Of a stretch of DNA of 64,000 bases, positions 62,401 to 64,000 are shown piece by piece. The notes under the pieces were generated by a model. That model did not search any database, was not told the DNA's origin, and worked only from the letters and a program-made list of their open reading frames with translations. Where the stretch lies: assembly GCA_030704615.1 (NCBI GenBank), contig CM060734.1, forward strand, positions 9,548,001 through 9,612,000, read 5' to 3'. The stretch comes from Takakia lepidozioides (Eukaryota > Plantae > Bryophyta). Each line of letters opens with the position of its first letter. Positions within the stretch are counted from its first letter, which is position 1. The position numbers and the translations under genes are program-made.

Positions 62401-63672
62401 ATATTTGCAATTGCATTTTGATGCATTAGACTTTGTTTTGCAGTGTAATGAATTGCACCCCAAAACTCCTGGAATGAGACAGACAATATTAAAGTGATGT
62501 CTTTTAAACACTATGGACTGCTGGATATCCATTGACGTCTAATGGCAATTCAATGTCGAAACAGAATCAATACAAAGATGGCGGCAGGAAAATTTGCAAT
62601 CTTCCAGAAAATTGAGTTCCAACAGTTGCAGTTGAGGGGGCCATTTCTGGAAAAATGGCGCCGAATTTCCAGTTACATGGCCCAAAACTGCCCAACATTT
62701 GTGCAATGCCCGGCACCATGTACCGAAATTCGGCACCACATTTCCAAATTTTGGGCTTACACTTCAATCAAGTTGGGACCTATAACCGCGAAATTCGGCG
62801 CCATTTTTGCAAATGTCGCTCGGAATTCGCATGAGCGGAAGACGAAATATCATGAGCACTGCTCTCAAAACTACAATTTCTACTTCAAACAATGAATATT
62901 ATATTGGTTTTGTTTTGTTTTGTTTGTTTTGTTTGTTTTTTTTGACACATTCCATTAAAATAATGTTTTTAATGTTTTTTATTTCCAGAATTTGTACTTC
63001 TGCTCATGAAAATCGATTGTCTTACTACTCCGCTCATGCCACTCATGCCGCTCATGCTCATGAAATAGCTAACCTCCCCACCATGGGCTGTATTCTTGGC
63101 CAAATGGCCTGATTGTTGCTTTGACGGGTGCAGCACCTCAAGCAGATGAAAAGTTCTGTCCGCCACGCTCATCCGTTTCCAACCCGCCACCAAAATTTCG
63201 AAAAAAAATAAAAAAAAATAAAAATTGTGACACATGTCAAAAAATTGGGCCCCACCCGCAACGGTGGGGTTTTCGCAGATCTGGCGTGATGGGCCCGAAA
63301 TTTGGCATGCAAGGGCAGGGGGTAGGTGGGGAGAGATTATCCAGTCAATTTTCCAAAATTGTAAAAAAATAAAAAATTACGAAGGATTTCGTGGCAAGGG
63401 GTCTGGTTTTTCGTGGAAAGTCAAAAATGCCTGCGGGCGTTTATGGTTTCCAGGAGACCCGTTTACTCCTGGGCCCATGAGACCCATTTCAGGTTTTGAT
63501 GAAGTACATTTTTTTTAATGTATTTTTTACAAAAAAATTAATGGTTCCAACTGATTTAAAATTCAACATGGCCCACCTTTATCGATCCTTCTATATACCA
63601 CCCGCAATGTACTATTGGATTGAAAGTACTCCAACATGACGTAGCCTACTCTATGTGGCCACACGGATAGTA

Positions 63673-64000
63673 CTACCCCAGAATATCATCCGGAGGGTCA
63701 TCTTCCGGACTGTAATAGGGCGGGGGAGGTGCCTCCGAAACTGCAAGCGTTGGGTTAATCGCAATGTATGAAGGAAGCGCCATCTCTGGCATCTTCGCAC
63801 GTTGTACTTGACGATGCATGTTGTCATGTTCTTTCCCTAAGTTGATCGCATCTGCTAGTGTAACAGGTCTCTGTTGCAACACAAACAAGTGAATATCCTC
63901 TCGTAACCCACTCAGAAAGCAATCTTTCAGAACCCCATCATCCAAGGGTGTTAGAGGATTCTGTAATCGCATTAGCTCTTTGAAACGCGTCTCAAAATCA
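63673..64000 (-). pseudogene. Retrotransposon gag fragment
   Basis: LKDCFLSGLREDI...QQRPVTLADAINLGKEHD is typical of the gypsy capsid C-terminus. Confidence 0.65.

Larger units (their letters stand above)
49660..63076. mobile_element. Full-length Mutator-like element (13.4 kb) with cargo gene
   Basis: TSD CCCACCATG at 49651-49659 and 63077-63085. Inverted termini GGGGCTGCTATTTCATGAGC and GAGGTTAGCTATTTCATGAGC with CATGAGC subterminal repeats. MULE DDE+SWIM transposase inside. Confidence 0.9.

Overview
Eukaryotic, intron-containing DNA, most likely from a non-seed land plant (inferred from the Tcn1-type chromoviruses, the Phygy/Selgy-like gypsy element, the RTE-X LINE and a plant Tubby-F-box gene). 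Most of the window is transposon-derived. Bases 1-34 kb are a nest of elements: a hAT transposon with an open transposase ORF, several copies of one chromodomain Ty3/gypsy family inserted into each other, a second gypsy element with extra 3' ORFs, broken Mutator-like (MULE) copies, a CACTA derivative and a LINE fragment. Several rearrangement junctions can be reconstructed to within a few bases. The only apparently intact host gene is a 4-exon Tubby-like F-box gene (38144-43510), which carries an RTE-X-type LINE in intron 3. A receptor-kinase pseudogene split by an internally deleted Copia element follows. The main finding is a complete 13.4-kb MULE (49660-63076; TIRs, 9-bp TSD CCCACCATG). It carries two divergent genes: a DDE/SWIM transposase, and a spliced cargo gene that combines a ParB/Srx-like DGNHR domain with a bacterial-type beta-class N4-cytosine/N6-adenine DNA methyltransferase-like domain. 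The element also holds tandem arrays of a shared GAAATTCGGCGCC motif. This copy is pseudogenised, and all domain calls are by-eye motif recognition rather than database searches.
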